Virus record (IMG/VR): IMGVR_UViG_3300020045_002572
Location: 1-38,494 of that record
Direction: 5' to 3' (one strand)
DNA length: 38,494 nucleotides
Source: a virus
Taxonomy: Duplodnaviria; Caudoviricetes
The position numbers and the translations under genes are program-made. Shown here in pieces: positions 1 to 10,050 of the stretch. Below the pieces are notes generated by a model. It searched no databases, was not told where the DNA came from, and was given only the letters and a program-made list of their open reading frames with translations. Position 1 is the stretch's first letter; each line of letters starts with the position of its first letter.

Positions 1-1292
1 AGTATTCGCCTTATTTAAGTGCGGTAAGAGAAAGCACAGATTTAACAGAAAAAAACACTAAAGCTAAAAAAGAAAACAACAAAGAAGATGAGAAAAAAGG
101 AGAGTTTTTGTCAAAAGAACGCTTACAATTTCAAATATCTTCTTTACAAAAAGAACTTGAATTAACAAGCAAATTAAACCCAGCTTATCAAATATTAAGT
201 GATACATTAAAAGGAGTTAACTCTTTGTATGATGCTTTGTATGGCGATAAAAAAATAGTTAAAGCACAAGAGGAAATAGTTAATGCATTAGAACTAACCG
301 ACGAGGCGGTTTATACTGATTACTTTGCGTGGTTAAAACTAAAAGAGGCAACAGATAGTTATATTAAAACTTTATCGAGTGATGCATTTAATAAAGCATT
401 TGATAACATTGGATTAAGTTCGGCTAAAATGTTTTTAGATTTTGATGTAAATGGTAAAACAACGTTTGATAAATTAATTGAGGGTGCGGACAATATGCGT
501 GAAAAATTCGCTATTACTTTTCAATCCGTTGGCGATGTTGCACAAGACGTATTTAATAAAATTAATGAAATATCAAATCAACGTTTCCAAAACGAATTAA
601 TTAATTTACAACAAGAGAAAGAAATTGCAATTTTATTCGCTGGCGAAAGTGCAAGTGCAAGAGAAGAAATAGAGCGTCAATATGAAATACGTCAAAGAGA
701 AATTAAAAGACGTGAATTTCAAGCTAAAAAGCAACAAGCAATATTCAATATTGTTATCGATACTGCGCAAGGAGTTGTTAGTGCATTAGCGTCAACACCG
801 CCAAACGTCCCACTATCAATTGCCATTGGAGCAATTGGAGCGGTGCAAGCTGGAATTGTTGCAAGTCAACAAGTACCACAATTTTGGAAAGGTACAGACA
901 ACGCCCCAGAGGGTTGGGCGTTAACACAAGAGCGAGGTCGTGAAATAATTACAGACAGCAAAGGAAATATTAAAAGTTTAGGAAACGATAAAGGAGCGCA
1001 ATATACATACTTAAACAAAGGCGATAAAGTATTGAATAACGATAAAACAATGGATTATCTAATGTTTAACAACGACTTGAATGCAATGTTAACAAACAAT
1101 GATATTGCAATGCCAAAAGTAAATATTGAAACACCTAAAATTGATTTAACGCCAGTTATTGAAGCAATTAATAATAAAGAAAGCTTTAATTTAGCAATTG
1201 ATGAAAACGGATTTAGAAAGTTAGTTAAAAACGGACACACAACAAAAGAAATCCTAAATAAAAAAGTTAACTTTGTAGGCAAATCAGTATAA
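1..1292 (+). CDS. Tail tape measure protein, C-terminal part (5'-truncated)
   Basis: Frame is open from base 3. Helical, Ala/Gln/Lys-rich, with a hydrophobic AIGAIGAVQAGIVASQ segment and the PQFWKGT...ERGREII motif typical of TMP C-termini. Directly precedes tail-tip genes. Confidence 0.88.
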   Translation, partial: YSPYLSAVRESTDLTEKNTKAKKENNKEDEKKGEFLSKERLQFQISSLQKELELTSKLNPAYQILSDTLKGVNSLYDALYGDKKIVKAQEEIVNALELTDEAVYTDYFAWLKLKEATDSYIKTLSSDAFNKAFDNIGLSSAKMFLDFDVNGKTTFDKLIEGADNMREKFAITFQSVGDVAQDVFNKINEISNQRFQNELINLQQEKEIAILFAGESASAREEIERQYEIRQREIKRREFQAKKQQAIFNIVIDTAQGVVSALASTPPNVPLSIAIGAIGAVQAGIVASQQVPQFWKGTDNAPEGWALTQERGREIITDSKGNIKSLGNDKGAQYTYLNKGDKVLNNDKTMDYLMFNNDLNAMLTNNDIAMPKVNIETPKIDLTPVIEAINNKESFNLAIDENGFRKLVKNGHTTKEILNKKVNFVGKSV

Positions 1293-4072
1293 TGAAAAAT
1301 TACACATTCCATTTATTATTTGAGAGTTTAGGACACACAGAATGGTATCAAATATTTGAACCAACTGGTTTCGATGGTGCTAACTTTGAGATTGAACAAA
1401 ACGCAAAACGATATTCACGTGATGTTGTTTTTGGTGCGGTTGACAAATTAACCTTTGTTGATGCGGTTAGCGGAACTATTGAAACAGAGCAAGTTATTAA
1501 TCCGTTTGGCGATGTATCAAAAAGGCTTGACAATGGTTTAGCGTGGCATTTTGAAACGTTAAAATTAAAAGGATTTGAAAGTGTTACATTGTTTCAAATT
1601 AGATTAAACGGGGTTTCTTTACGTACTTTTACTTTAGACTACACAAGCAAAGATTTAACCGATGGTTATTCTTATATCAATTGCATTTTAAAAGATAACA
1701 ACAATGTAGCGGATTTTAAACGTTATTCAGATGATAAATTTAATGCATTTAGTGATAAAGACGTTAAAGGAAATATTATTACACCAGTTCAAACAATACG
1801 CTATTTACATAGAGCAACACCGCAAACGAATGTGAGTAAGTTTAAAGGTAATGGACAAACTGCAGATGCTTTTTCAGAAACAAGTACTTTTGGCGGAGTA
1901 GTTGGTACTTTAGGAGCATTGTGTAACATATCTAATGTAATTGAGCAAGGAGACATAAACAATACACTTTCTTTTATTAGCAACACTTTTGCGCAAGGCA
2001 GTGCATTTAGTGGTGGCGTTTTATATCCTATTCCAAACAATACTGGTTCGTTTCAGTTAATCGAGGCAAAGAATGATTTTAGTAGCGTAAATGTAAAAAT
2101 TAGCAATGTAAATGCAAATACTTTAGCTACTATAAATAACGCAACTAATCCAACTAATCCAAGTTTAGCAACACAAGTAACAAGTGCAAGTGGGAAAATA
2201 CGATTACTATTAATTGTAGGTGGTTTTGATTTGGAAGTAGATAGTTTTACCGCTTATACTTTGTGGACAAAGAATTACGCTAATATGAGTGCATTTAATA
2301 GTGTTTGGGTTAATGACGTGCCTACCGATTTTACTATAAACATTCCTACGATTGAAAGAAGTCAAAGAATGTATTTATATTTCGCTTGTGATACTACCGC
2401 AACATTCAACAACACTTTGCAATTAGCGAGCGCGGATGTAAGATTACGTTTATTTAATATGAATGTTGAAATTACCGCAACCGAAACCGCAATTGATAGC
2501 GTTATACCAGCGGTAAAATATATTGACTTTATTAAGCAAGCAGTTAAAAGTATTAAAGATGTACCAGTAGAGGCGGTTGATTTTGATACTAATGGAATAC
2601 ATAATAAGCAAGTAGTGTTCTGCAGAAGAATGATTTCACAAAAAACTGATTACTTTTATAGCACGTTTAAAGAAACTTTAGGAAGTGTTGAAGAGGTTAA
2701 TTGTGATTATGAAATTAACGAGGACAACATACAAATTAGAAACTTTGAGGGTTTTTACGAAAATACCGAAATAGGAGCGTTTTTAATAAAACCCGATGCA
2801 GATTATAACGCACAATTTAACGAAAGGCTACAAGTAAAAAACTTTGATTACGGGTATAAAAAGTATGCGCAAGATAGAAATATCGTAGGTAGTACAACAA
2901 GTATTCATACTGATAGTAATTGGATTGTACCAAACACACAAGTAGAGAACAAAAAAGAAATTAAGAACGACTTTGTACGTGATGGTAAATACATTCAAGA
3001 TATATTCAACCTTGAAATAAAACAACCTACAACGTCTTTAGAAGCGGATAGTGATGTTATAATTGAACAATACACAGAACTTGCTCCAAATAGTTTTGGT
3101 AGTTTTGGCGCACGTTTATTAATGCAATGGACGTTAAGTGCAACACCTTTTACATCAATACTAAAAATACTTAATCGTGATAGTAACGGGGATAGTGGCG
3201 ACGTTGTTATAAATTGGTTAACAATAGGGGTTAGTGTAGGAGATACTTTTGAGATAACAGAGGGTGTGAATGTAGGTAGTTACATAATTACCGAAATTAC
3301 TTCAACTATGCTAACTTTAAGAGATAATTCAAACAATATAACTGCGGTTAGTGGCGATGGATACATAAAAGTTAAATATTTTTACTCAAATGTAGCGTAT
3401 CAAACACGATTAAGTCAAGGATTTTTAATTCCTACAACTGGAATATTACCTAATATTTTCTATTCGATTAAGCGAAATATGAAGTATTTTAGTAGTTTGT
3501 TTGCAAGTTATATGCTTTTTAATAAAACGTTTATACGTTGCAACGAATACAAAAATAATAGAACATTCGAAAGTCAGTTAATAGGAGAAAGCAGTGTATT
3601 AGTTGAAGATGCTAACTTTAACTATTCGGATTTTAACGAGCCAATTTTAGGAGCTAAAACACACGATTTAACTTTAGTAGTTGATTACGATGCGGTTTAC
3701 AATATGCTTACAACATACAAAAACAACAAAGGTTTCATAAGATGTTACGATGCTAAAGAAAAGGTAATAAAAGGTTTTATTCAAAAATTAAAATACAATT
3801 GGGTTTCTAATCTTTTTGAATGTACTATTGAGGAAAAGTACGAAACAGAATTTTTAACACTTACTTATAGTGGTGGTGTGTTAAATGTTAACGATGTAGC
3901 CTACAATTTAAGTGGCGTTTCTAATTGGTGGAAAACGCAAAACGATTATATTAAGTTTTATGACAAAAATTCTAAGCCAATTTGTAATGATTATAAATTT
4001 AATTTTGTAATTTTGAACGGAATAAGTTATAATTCTATTGAATTATTGGTAAACGCATTGAATAATCTATAA
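1292..4072 (+). CDS. Minor tail / tail-tip structural protein (926 aa)
   Basis: Large beta-rich ORF translationally coupled (TAATG) to the TMP; assigned by position. Confidence 0.65.
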   Translation: MKNYTFHLLFESLGHTEWYQIFEPTGFDGANFEIEQNAKRYSRDVVFGAVDKLTFVDAVSGTIETEQVINPFGDVSKRLDNGLAWHFETLKLKGFESVTLFQIRLNGVSLRTFTLDYTSKDLTDGYSYINCILKDNNNVADFKRYSDDKFNAFSDKDVKGNIITPVQTIRYLHRATPQTNVSKFKGNGQTADAFSETSTFGGVVGTLGALCNISNVIEQGDINNTLSFISNTFAQGSAFSGGVLYPIPNNTGSFQLIEAKNDFSSVNVKISNVNANTLATINNATNPTNPSLATQVTSASGKIRLLLIVGGFDLEVDSFTAYTLWTKNYANMSAFNSVWVNDVPTDFTINIPTIERSQRMYLYFACDTTATFNNTLQLASADVRLRLFNMNVEITATETAIDSVIPAVKYIDFIKQAVKSIKDVPVEAVDFDTNGIHNKQVVFCRRMISQKTDYFYSTFKETLGSVEEVNCDYEINEDNIQIRNFEGFYENTEIGAFLIKPDADYNAQFNERLQVKNFDYGYKKYAQDRNIVGSTTSIHTDSNWIVPNTQVENKKEIKNDFVRDGKYIQDIFNLEIKQPTTSLEADSDVIIEQYTELAPNSFGSFGARLLMQWTLSATPFTSILKILNRDSNGDSGDVVINWLTIGVSVGDTFEITEGVNVGSYIITEITSTMLTLRDNSNNITAVSGDGYIKVKYFYSNVAYQTRLSQGFLIPTTGILPNIFYSIKRNMKYFSSLFASYMLFNKTFIRCNEYKNNRTFESQLIGESSVLVEDANFNYSDFNEPILGAKTHDLTLVVDYDAVYNMLTTYKNNKGFIRCYDAKEKVIKGFIQKLKYNWVSNLFECTIEEKYETEFLTLTYSGGVLNVNDVAYNLSGVSNWWKTQNDYIKFYDKNSKPICNDYKFNFVILNGISYNSIELLVNALNNL

Positions 4073-5208
4073 TGGATAACAATTTTATAAGACTTTTTGA
4101 AACATTTGATAGGGCTAAGGGTGGTAATCCAAACGTCGCTACTTTGCCTTATCAAGGTTTTATAATGCAGTTACCTAATGAAACGTTCTTACAACAAACA
4201 AATTTAACTAATGGTATTGCTTTTAGCGGGGCAATTCAAGTTGATTTAATTGATAATTGCGGTAATATAAAGAAAAATATTGATAGTAACTTTTATTATG
4301 AAAGTTTTATTGATGATAACGGAACACCTCAAATAACTTTTGAGTTCGGAATGATAAACGATAATTTCTATACTACACCATTATATTTGAAAATAACCGA
4401 TTTGGTAAATGGTGCTATTTATTATAGTAATGATTTTTTAGTTACTGATTACGACGTTAATTTGAGCGCAAGGTTTGACTATGGAAATGTAAACGAGTAT
4501 TTACAATCTGTTAGGTTTTCAAAAATGTATGACTTTAATCCAGTCAATGAAAACACAATTAAACAATACACAACAACGCAAGGTTTAAGAGTTAATTCAA
4601 AAAGTATTACATCTTATTTAAGACAATACAAATGCGACGCTATTAACTACGATATTAACGACAGATTAAACGAATTATTCGCAAGTGAAATAGTTTTCTT
4701 AAATGGTCAAGGCGTAGTTATTAGTGATTTTAAAAGTAATGAGCGAAAAGGTACTACTAATTGGCTTGATGCGGAATTTGTTGTTAATCCAAAAAATGAA
4801 ACATATAATTGGGAGTTTCAAGTTTATGAAGGATTAGAAGTAGTTCAATTTGAGCCTTTGAATGGTGGTATTTATACAACAAGTGTTTTCGATGGTATTT
4901 CTTTTAGCGGTGGTTATTTAAACTTTAATAAAGTAATTACTTCTGCAAATGGTAAATATAAACTTTATAAAAACGGAGTATTTGCAACGGAATATGATTT
5001 AACGTTTAGTGGTCAATCCGTAGGAATAGATTTTTTAAGTACGGGTTACACTTTTACAACTGGTAGTTATTCAATAGTAATTGAGCCAAACATAATTAAA
5101 AGCAATGCAGAATATTTCAAAGGATTTGCATTAAACGAATGGACTTTTACAATTGCCGATGGCGAGTATAACAACACAGAATATAACAACGATTATTTAA
5201 TAAACTAA
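4072..5208 (+). CDS. Minor tail protein with probable C-terminal Ig-like domain
   Basis: Position. C-terminal YSIVIEPNIIKS...FKGF...WTFTI resembles the end of Big_5/SbsA-type Ig-like domains. Confidence 0.55.
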   Translation: MDNNFIRLFETFDRAKGGNPNVATLPYQGFIMQLPNETFLQQTNLTNGIAFSGAIQVDLIDNCGNIKKNIDSNFYYESFIDDNGTPQITFEFGMINDNFYTTPLYLKITDLVNGAIYYSNDFLVTDYDVNLSARFDYGNVNEYLQSVRFSKMYDFNPVNENTIKQYTTTQGLRVNSKSITSYLRQYKCDAINYDINDRLNELFASEIVFLNGQGVVISDFKSNERKGTTNWLDAEFVVNPKNETYNWEFQVYEGLEVVQFEPLNGGIYTTSVFDGISFSGGYLNFNKVITSANGKYKLYKNGVFATEYDLTFSGQSVGIDFLSTGYTFTTGSYSIVIEPNIIKSNAEYFKGFALNEWTFTIADGEYNNTEYNNDYLIN

Positions 5209-5212
5209 TATA

Positions 5213-5641
5213 ATGAATAAAGCGACATTAATATCAACAATAAACGGATTTTTAACTGCTGTAATTACGCAATTAAAACACCGCAATTCAATGTTAGAAA
5301 TAATAAACACGTTATTTCAAACTACTTACGTTTTAAGCAATACACCAGCACCGAACCAATTTACTTACAATCTAAAATTTAAGAAAATAGGTAATATTGT
5401 ACACGTTAGCGGATTTGTTAAAAACGATTTTTCTACAATGCAAGGAAGTACAATAGTAGCGACAATAGGAAACTCTTTGTATAATTGCAAAACCGCAAAC
5501 GATGTTATTTTAAACGTTACCGGAACAACTTCTTTACAAAATGGATTATTAAGTGTTGCAGAAAACAATTTATTTCTAATAACAAATATAGGAATAGGAA
5601 ACACGATAATTATTAACGGACACTATCAAACAAACGACTAA
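5213..5641 (+). CDS. Tail-associated structural protein
   Basis: LKFKKIGNIVHVSG motif resembles fibre/baseplate head domains; position in tail module. Confidence 0.5.
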   Translation: MNKATLISTINGFLTAVITQLKHRNSMLEIINTLFQTTYVLSNTPAPNQFTYNLKFKKIGNIVHVSGFVKNDFSTMQGSTIVATIGNSLYNCKTANDVILNVTGTTSLQNGLLSVAENNLFLITNIGIGNTIIINGHYQTND

Positions 5642-5643
5642 TT

Positions 5644-6504
5644 ATGCCTAATTTAATACAAATAAACGAATTACAATTATTACCAATTAACAACCCTAAT
5701 TTGTTAAATCCATTCGCTACTTTTGATAGCGATTATACTTGGAATATTGTTAGCGGTTCGGGAACTGCAATACAACGTACTCAATCACGTAAAACTGGTG
5801 CAAGAGGTTTGCAATTAAAATCATTAGTTACTGATGGAATTACTTGTAGTTCAACATTAACAGAGGTTACAATTGCTGAAACGGGGCAACATATTTTATC
5901 GTTTAAACTACGTGAAGATGCTGGTGGATTGAATGATAATATTATGATTGTTAATATTTACGTTAACGGGTTATTAAGTGAATACGAATTACTTTTAACT
6001 GGCGAGTTGTCCGATTGGAAAACATACACACAAGTTATACAACTTGAGGCTGGCGATGTTGTTACTTACGGATTTACAATAGCAACAAATGATGTGGGAG
6101 CGTTTTATATTGTTTCAGTTGATGACTTTAAATTAGAGTTTGATACTAATGGTAGCGGATTACCAAGTATTTACACTCCAAGCTACGATAATGGATTATA
6201 TTTAGTTCAAGTAACCGATAACGTTTACGATTACACACCTTACATTAAATGCGAACAAACAAATAGTATTGATGTGGGTAGTATTTCAAGTAACGGAAGT
6301 ATTGTAGTAACAACAACGTTAACTGGTGCAGAAGTTGGAGATTTTGTACAATTAAGCTACCCTTTAGAGTTAATTACTTTGGATTTGATTGTGGGAGTTC
6401 CAATTGTAAGTGCAACGGATGAGGTTAAATTCATAATTCACAATCACACTGGTAGTTCAGTAAATCCATTAGTAGGAGATTACAAATTAAAAATTACAAA
6501 ATAA
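5644..6504 (+). CDS. Tail protein with possible carbohydrate-binding (jelly-roll) domain
   Basis: NLLNP-ATFD...W...WKTYT...VDDFKLE pattern resembles CBM4/9-like folds; position. Confidence 0.45.
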   Translation: MPNLIQINELQLLPINNPNLLNPFATFDSDYTWNIVSGSGTAIQRTQSRKTGARGLQLKSLVTDGITCSSTLTEVTIAETGQHILSFKLREDAGGLNDNIMIVNIYVNGLLSEYELLLTGELSDWKTYTQVIQLEAGDVVTYGFTIATNDVGAFYIVSVDDFKLEFDTNGSGLPSIYTPSYDNGLYLVQVTDNVYDYTPYIKCEQTNSIDVGSISSNGSIVVTTTLTGAEVGDFVQLSYPLELITLDLIVGVPIVSATDEVKFIIHNHTGSSVNPLVGDYKLKITK

Positions 6505-8042
6505 TGTTTCAGATAATTAAAAAAACTACTGGTTGGTGGCACGTATTTAATAGCGGTGCAAAGTCTGTTAATATTTCGGATTTTGAAGTTAGTTTAGATG
6601 AGGTCGCTAATACTTTTGTAATAGTTCAAAGAAATGGTTCAAATATTCCTTTGAATAAACTAACTATTAATGAAATTGAAGTAATTGACGAAACCGATTC
6701 GAGTGTGGTTGAAACGTTTACTAATGTAGTTGATTTGAAAAACAGATTAACTATTTTAGGATATACCGCTTATTTAGGTGCTGGAAATGCTGATAGTATT
6801 ACTGGCTTAATTCAAGAGGGTACAAACGTTACAATAAGCGGGACTGGTACATTAGCTGACCCTTATATAATTAGTGCAAGTGGTGGTGGTGGCGCAACAC
6901 CAACGTTACAAGAAGTCACTGATGAGGGTAGCCAAACTACAAATACAATAACTATTGACAAAGAAGATGAAGAGGCTTTAATTTTTAATAATTTAGGTGA
7001 TATTGTAGGTAATATTACTAATGCGTCAGAGGGTGCAGTTTTTTCATCTCAAAGTAAAACTACACCAAGTACTGACAATATAGAGTATAGAAACGGTAAA
7101 ATAGTAATAAGAAAAGGAAATGTTACTTCAAAAACTTTACATATTCCTTATACTGGCGAAACAGATGGAAATACTTTAGCAACTCGTGAATGGGTTACAG
7201 CTAATCCGCCAACAATTTCAGTTGATGCTGATGATGTAACAGAAACTGCAACGAGGGTATTTGTAACACCAGCGCAAAAGGTAGTGCTATCAAACACAAG
7301 CGGAACAAACACTGGCGACAACGCAACCAACACGACAAGTAATGCTTATGCGGATGCAAAGGTTTCACAATCAATTACTAATGGAGTAACAGATAAAGCA
7401 CCAAGCGAAGATGTTGTTTTTGATGCATTGGCTTTGAAACAATCAACGCCAAAACTAATTTCAGCTAATTATACTGCTTTAAATAATGATAATTTAATAG
7501 TCAATGCAACTTGTACTATTACTGATGTTGCAAGTCCAACAAACGGAACTAATTATACAGCAACTATCGTAAATGGTTCTGTTACTATTGGTGGTGTAGT
7601 TTATGGAACTGGAGTAGTTATAAATAGAATTTACAATAGTGGTGCTTGGAAAACTTATGCTGTTACTGATTTTGAAGATTGGACAAGTTTTGCAGGTAGT
7701 TCAACTATTACCAGTTGGGTCACGCCAAGTGTTACTTTTTTAGAATACACAAGAACTGGAAAAGTATTTACAACAAGAGGTCGTATTACTGGTGTTTCAA
7801 ACTCCATATTACCACCTACAATTACTATTCCTTTTACATTAGCTAATTTAGGTGCTGGTCAAGGGGATTTTTCATTATTATATGTTAATAATGGTGTCGC
7901 AAGCGCAACGGCTGGAGTAGTAGTAGGTATTGATAACACAAATCAAATCCAATTTTTTAGGGATGGTACTTTAGGTAGTTTAGCTTGGACTGGTTCAGGA
8001 ACTAAAACAATTGCTTTTTTATCAACTTTTATAATTCAATAA
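6504..8042 (+). CDS. Tail fibre / receptor-binding protein
   Basis: Thr/Gly-rich, with ISGTGTLADPYII, GGGG linker, TPTLQEVTD and SGTNTGD motifs, and a C-terminal YTRTGKV head-like domain. Confidence 0.75.
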   Translation: MFQIIKKTTGWWHVFNSGAKSVNISDFEVSLDEVANTFVIVQRNGSNIPLNKLTINEIEVIDETDSSVVETFTNVVDLKNRLTILGYTAYLGAGNADSITGLIQEGTNVTISGTGTLADPYIISASGGGGATPTLQEVTDEGSQTTNTITIDKEDEEALIFNNLGDIVGNITNASEGAVFSSQSKTTPSTDNIEYRNGKIVIRKGNVTSKTLHIPYTGETDGNTLATREWVTANPPTISVDADDVTETATRVFVTPAQKVVLSNTSGTNTGDNATNTTSNAYADAKVSQSITNGVTDKAPSEDVVFDALALKQSTPKLISANYTALNNDNLIVNATCTITDVASPTNGTNYTATIVNGSVTIGGVVYGTGVVINRIYNSGAWKTYAVTDFEDWTSFAGSSTITSWVTPSVTFLEYTRTGKVFTTRGRITGVSNSILPPTITIPFTLANLGAGQGDFSLLYVNNGVASATAGVVVGIDNTNQIQFFRDGTLGSLAWTGSGTKTIAFLSTFIIQ

Positions 8043-8043
8043 T

Positions 8044-8394
8044 ATGTTTACATTAATAACAGAAGAAGGTCGTTGTGGTGGAGTTATTGGTACTCAACCA
8101 ACACATAATAATTGGACATCAACAATATATTTAGGCGGATTAATTAAAGAGTATTGGAATGGTACTGAATGGATTGAAACCGCCACGCAAGAAGAAATCG
8201 ACAAACACCAAAACTTATTAAACGAACAACTGCGTCAAGAATACTCTTTAAAAATATCAAATATTAAGGGTATGCAAGAGGCAATTGAAAAGAAAGCAAT
8301 TGAGGAAATTCCAATTCCACAAGAAATTATTGACGAAAGAGAAAGATTGAAACAAGAGTATAAACAACTAACTAATAAAGATTTTAAGAAATGA
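8044..8394 (+). CDS. Putative tail-fibre assembly chaperone
   Basis: Follows the fibre gene; YWNGTEWIETATQEEI motif followed by a helical C-terminus. Confidence 0.5.
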   Translation: MFTLITEEGRCGGVIGTQPTHNNWTSTIYLGGLIKEYWNGTEWIETATQEEIDKHQNLLNEQLRQEYSLKISNIKGMQEAIEKKAIEEIPIPQEIIDERERLKQEYKQLTNKDFKK

Positions 8395-8525
8395 CAGAAA
8401 CAGACATTGTAATAGTATTTACAAAAGAACCAACAGAGCAAGAAATAGAATTGACAAACGAGTACAAAGCGAGATTAGAGGCTTTAGATAATAAAGTAAC
8501 AATAGGCGCTCCGAGGCCTAGGTGA
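8391..8525 (+). CDS. 44-aa hypothetical peptide (MTETDIVIVF...TIGAPRPR), not in ORF track
   Basis: ATG overlaps the upstream stop (ATGA); open to TGA at 8523-8525. Confidence 0.6.
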   Translation: MTETDIVIVFTKEPTEQEIELTNEYKARLEALDNKVTIGAPRPR

Positions 8526-8539
8526 TAATATTTTTTTTG

Positions 8540-8547
8540 TATATTTG
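8540..8547 (+). promoter_or_regulatory. Bacteroidota -7 promoter element (TATATTTG)
   Basis: Exact TAnnTTTG in the intergenic region before the HNH gene; no clear -33 element. Confidence 0.65.
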
Positions 8548-8548
8548 T

Positions 8549-8645
8549 AATAGGGATAGAAAGAATTAATTACTCTTTTGAAAAACTTAAGCTGAGAAAG
8601 TTTCCCTATTTATTTTTATTTCTCAGTATAACATTTTAAATCAGC
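8549..8645 (+). ncRNA. Structured leader RNA with predicted pseudoknot, upstream of HNH gene
   Basis: AATAGGGA(8549-56)/TCCCTATT(8603-10) encloses two small hairpins; loop GCTGAGAAA(8591-99) is complementary to TTTCTCAGT(8619-27). Confidence 0.55.
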
Positions 8646-8649
8646 AAAA

Positions 8650-9132
8650 ATGGAAAAAGAAATTTGGAAAGATATTCCTAATTACGAGGGAATATATCAA
8701 GTAAGTAGTTTAGGTAATGTAAAAAGATATTACAAAAACGGGAAATATAAAGACTTAGTTTTGTCTCCTAATAATCACGGATATTTAAGAGTTAGATTAT
8801 CTAAAAATGGTATAGGTAAAACTAAAATGATTCATAAATTAGTAGCAATTACTTTTTTTAATCATAAACCTTGTGGATATAAAGAGACTGTTGACCATAT
8901 AAATTGTATTAAAACTGATAATAGATTGGAAAATTTACAATTAATATCATCAAGATTAAACTCAACTAAAGATAGACTTTCAAATTCAGGTTATAACAAT
9001 ATATATAAAAATATTAAAACATATCGAGTTAGATTTAAAATAAATGGAAAAATGAAACAATTTGGAACATTTAAAAAAATTGAAGACGCAATAATACAAC
9101 GCGATAAAATATTTAAATTATTAGAAATTTGA
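8650..9132 (+). CDS. HNH homing endonuclease (NUMOD4-HNH-AP2-like)
   Basis: EIWKDIPNYEGIYQVSSLGNV (NUMOD4), IHKLVA...VDHINCIKTDNRLENL (HNH), C-terminal YRVRF...FGTF AP2-like domain. Confidence 0.93.
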   Translation: MEKEIWKDIPNYEGIYQVSSLGNVKRYYKNGKYKDLVLSPNNHGYLRVRLSKNGIGKTKMIHKLVAITFFNHKPCGYKETVDHINCIKTDNRLENLQLISSRLNSTKDRLSNSGYNNIYKNIKTYRVRFKINGKMKQFGTFKKIEDAIIQRDKIFKLLEI

Positions 9133-9479
9133 AACTATCAAAATTAAATAGAATATTAAGCTATACATCGTTATTATTAATGGTGTATAGCTTATTTTGT
9201 TTAACTTTTATTAATAACGATTGGTATAAAAAGAATTGGGAAATAGTAGATTATTGCGACATTCCATTTTACGCATTAGCATTTATTCACTTTATAATAT
9301 ATTGTCGTAAATATACTTTCAATGCAAAAGTTTATTTTTGGTGCGTTGTAACTTATTTGTTATTTAAAATACTTGACAACTATATGTTATTCAACTTTAA
9401 CACGTTTATTTTCTATAACGTTTTAATATTAGTTGTTGCGCCGATAGTTATAATAATTGATAAAAATTTGAATAGATGA
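9129..9479 (+). CDS. Small multi-pass membrane protein
   Basis: About four hydrophobic helices; TTG start overlaps the HNH stop. Confidence 0.65.
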   Translation: MKLSKLNRILSYTSLLLMVYSLFCLTFINNDWYKKNWEIVDYCDIPFYALAFIHFIIYCRKYTFNAKVYFWCVVTYLLFKILDNYMLFNFNTFIFYNVLILVVAPIVIIIDKNLNR

Positions 9480-9730
9480 CATTAATACAAAAAATAATAA
9501 ACGACACCTTAAAAATAAAAGGTAAGTTCTCAATGAAACGCATATTAGTAGCGGTTTCATTCCCTTATACTTTGCTTATAGGTTGGCGCATTACTTTTTA
9601 TAAAGAAACGCCTGAAAACGCAGTACAAGTATTTTCGTCGTTATTAGCTTTTATTGTCGGGGTGGTTATTACCAATGCATACGCAAAGAAACAAGAGATT
9701 AAAGAAACAACAAACGATATAGAGCAATAG
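9476..9730 (+). CDS. Putative holin
   Basis: Two TM segments after GKFSMKR, charged C-terminus, upstream of the endolysin. Confidence 0.6.
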   Translation: MTLIQKIINDTLKIKGKFSMKRILVAVSFPYTLLIGWRITFYKETPENAVQVFSSLLAFIVGVVITNAYAKKQEIKETTNDIEQ

Positions 9731-9731
9731 T

Positions 9732-10049
9732 ATGGCAACACAAGAACAAAGAATAACCATCCTTGAAGAAAAAGACAAACGTAGAGAAGACCATTATAAA
9801 AAACTTTCTACGTCTTTAAACGATTTAAACGAAAGCCAAAAACAATTACTTATTTTGTTGGGCGGAACTGCTTTAAATGGTAACAAGGGGTTTATATCGT
9901 TGCTAAATGAGATAGAAAAAAGAGTTGATAGTATTGAAAAGAAAACCGATACACACGAAAGAGATTTATCTCAAGTAGTTTGGTGGGGGCGTTTAATTAC
10001 TATTCCTATTATTGGTTTGTTAATAAAAGAAATATTTAATTTGAAGTAA
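9732..10049 (+). CDS. Coiled-coil protein with C-terminal TM helix (XhlA-like lysis accessory/holin)
   Basis: Heptad-rich body, one C-terminal hydrophobic helix, adjacent to the endolysin. Confidence 0.5.
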   Translation: MATQEQRITILEEKDKRREDHYKKLSTSLNDLNESQKQLLILLGGTALNGNKGFISLLNEIEKRVDSIEKKTDTHERDLSQVVWWGRLITIPIIGLLIKEIFNLK

Positions 10050-10050
10050 T

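Noticed and set aside
4000-4015. Tandem TAATTTTG as an internal promoter
   Set aside because: Lies inside coding sequence with no convincing -33 element at the 19-bp spacing; expected by chance in AT-rich DNA.
8549-8645. Leader as a hammerhead, twister or pistol ribozyme
   Set aside because: No CUGAnGA/GAAA core in the correct arrangement or other conserved catalytic motif is visible; an Rfam scan would be needed to exclude it fully.
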